This document shows, piece by piece, positions 62,527 through 64,000 of a stretch of DNA of 64,000 nt (position 1 is the first letter of the stretch; the number at the start of each line of letters is the position of its first letter). This DNA comes from Octopus bimaculoides (Eukaryota): positions 18,581,546 through 18,645,545 of the forward strand of contig NC_068985.1 in NCBI RefSeq assembly GCF_001194135.2, written 5' to 3'. The position numbers and the translations under genes were made by a program. Under the pieces are notes generated by a model, which did not search any database, had not been told where the DNA came from, and was given only the letters and a program-made list of their open reading frames with translations.

Positions 62527-62940
62527 TGTAGTAACGCCGTGCGCATGCGTAGTCTCACGCATGCGTGGAATTAAACAAGCAAGCGTTCCCGCTTCTATTC
62601 TATCTCTTTCTCGGTCGGCCGGCCATGAGCATGGACGTGTCAAGCAGTGTCTCCAACATTCCAACCTGGAGACAGTCTCTTTACGTGTTTAGCTACCACT
62701 CTCCATCTTTCGGACTTACGCTCGACAGCTCGCTTACATCTACATAACAACGTCCCAACAACTATGCTCACACACACAGAAGCTGTAACAACTGTCAACA
62801 AGAGCTAAAGATGTATATATTTACCACCTGAATAAATGTTGTTTAAGTTGATAGTCTGGAGTTCAGCGTTCCGTTATATTCTTAATTTTATATAGGAAAG
62901 TCAGGTATACATCTAATGATGTATAACCAACTTTCCTATA
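62527..62940 (+). mobile_element. Solo LTR (414 bp), probably Ty3/gypsy type
   Basis: Starts TGTAG, ends CTATA (likely mutated CTACA); 4-bp TSD CGTT on both sides; AATAAA at ~62,831. It interrupts a sequence that is uninterrupted at 60,712-60,840. Confidence 0.75.
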
Positions 62941-62958
62941 CGTTCTTACCATTAATCC

Positions 62959-63320
62959 TCCAAGATCTTTTTAAAAACGGGGGCCACATTTTTCATTAAC
63001 GAAACACTTTGAAACTTGGAACACTGGTAGAATGTGTCATATAAAACATCTTTTTCTCTTAGTCTTCTTTAAAAAAAAAGAAATCCCTAAGTTATTCCAT
63101 GTTAAAGTTGTCGTATTTCTGTAATTTCAACCAATTACTGACGTCCATTCAGCCGATATACATTAAGTGCCGACTACATAAACAAACGATTCTGAAACAA
63201 TTCTATCGGTGATAGGGTTAGGGTTAGGGTTAGGGTAAAACAGCAAATTTAAAAAGAAAAAAGCAAAACGAAGCTATGGAAATTAAATACGCTTTACACC
63301 GCTTAATCAGCCAAAGGAGT
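62959..63320. mobile_element. Unclassified non-autonomous DNA element containing a short (TTAGGG)n run (63,213-63,236)
   Basis: About 4 telomere-like units embedded in repeat-like sequence next to a gap. Confidence 0.45.
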
Positions 63321-63651
63321 NNNNNNNNNNNNNNNNNNNNNNNNNNNNNNNNNNNNNNNNNNNNNNNNNNNNNNNNNNNNNNNNNNNNNNNNNNNNNNNN
63401 NNNNNNNNNNNNNNNNNNNNNNNNNNNNNNNNNNNNNNNNNNNNNNNNNNNNNNNNNNNNNNNNNNNNNNNNNNNNNNNNNNNNNNNNNNNNNNNNNNNN
63501 NNNNNNNNNNNNNNNNNNNNNNNNNNNNNNNNNNNNNNNNNNNNNNNNNNNNNNNNNNNNNNNNNNNNNNNNNNNNNNNNNNNNNNNNNNNNNNNNNNNN
63601 NNNNNNNNNNNNNNNNNNNNNNNNNNNNNNNNNNNNNNNNNNNNNNNNNNN

Positions 63652-63980
63652 GGTTTCGATTCCCAGACCGGGCGTTGTGAGTGTTTATTGAGCGAAAACA
63701 CATAAAGCTCCACGAGGCTCCAGCAGGGGATGGTGGCGAACCCTGCTGTACTCTTCCACCACAACTTTCTCTCACTCTTTCTTCCGGTTTCTGTTGTGCC
63801 TGTAATTCAAAGGGTTAGCCTTCTCACACTGTGTCACGCTGAATATCCCCGAGAACTACGTTAAGGGTACACGTGTCTGTAGAGTGCTCAGCCACTTGCA
63901 CGTTAATTTCACGAGCAGGCCGTTCCGTTGATCGGATCAACTGGAACCCTCGACGTCGTAAGCGACGGAGTGCCAACAAT
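63652..63980 (+). mobile_element. SINE family 3, young copy
   Basis: Nearly identical to 11,212-11,490 but with an extra ~35-bp segment that is deleted in the left copy. Confidence 0.9.
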
Positions 63981-64000
63981 AATTAATGTATATTGGTTTC

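Noticed and set aside
1-64000. The ~150 ORFs in the supplied track as genes
   Set aside because: They are 60-200 aa and overlap SINEs, microsatellites (HTHT, YIYI, SLSL, ERER), N-runs or antisense LINE fragments; none shows a recognisable intact domain.

Overview
AT-rich, repeat-dense eukaryotic DNA from a gapped short-read scaffold. The SINE, RTE and MITE families look like those of octopus (coleoid cephalopod); that assignment is from recall, not a database search. No intact protein-coding ORF is present. Nearly all tracked ORFs are artefacts of SINEs, microsatellites, N-gaps or decayed transposons. Bases ~1-51,000 are strongly CpG-depleted while ~51,200-64,000 retain CpG. Together with splice signals, this suggests most of the window is intronic sequence of one large minus-strand gene. 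Its probable first exon is 55,773->55,395 (TCAGTT initiator, GTAAGT donor, ATG opening a signal-peptide-like MGFEGKSFCLKLCVLCFTFLFW). Candidate downstream small exons are 37,052-37,001, 20,020-19,921 and 4,790-4,657; the gene is unidentified. The most notable elements are: a minimal type I hammerhead ribozyme in a Penelope-like remnant (61,258-61,302); a solo LTR with 4-bp TSD inserted into one arm of a ~97% identical 129-bp inverted duplication; several closely spaced inverted SINE/RTE pairs (candidate dsRNA/ADAR substrates); a young CpG-rich RTE insertion; a decayed ~1.1-kb coding remnant with weak Myb-like motifs; and a perfect 16-bp hairpin. I found no convincing evidence of a wholly new multi-gene system.
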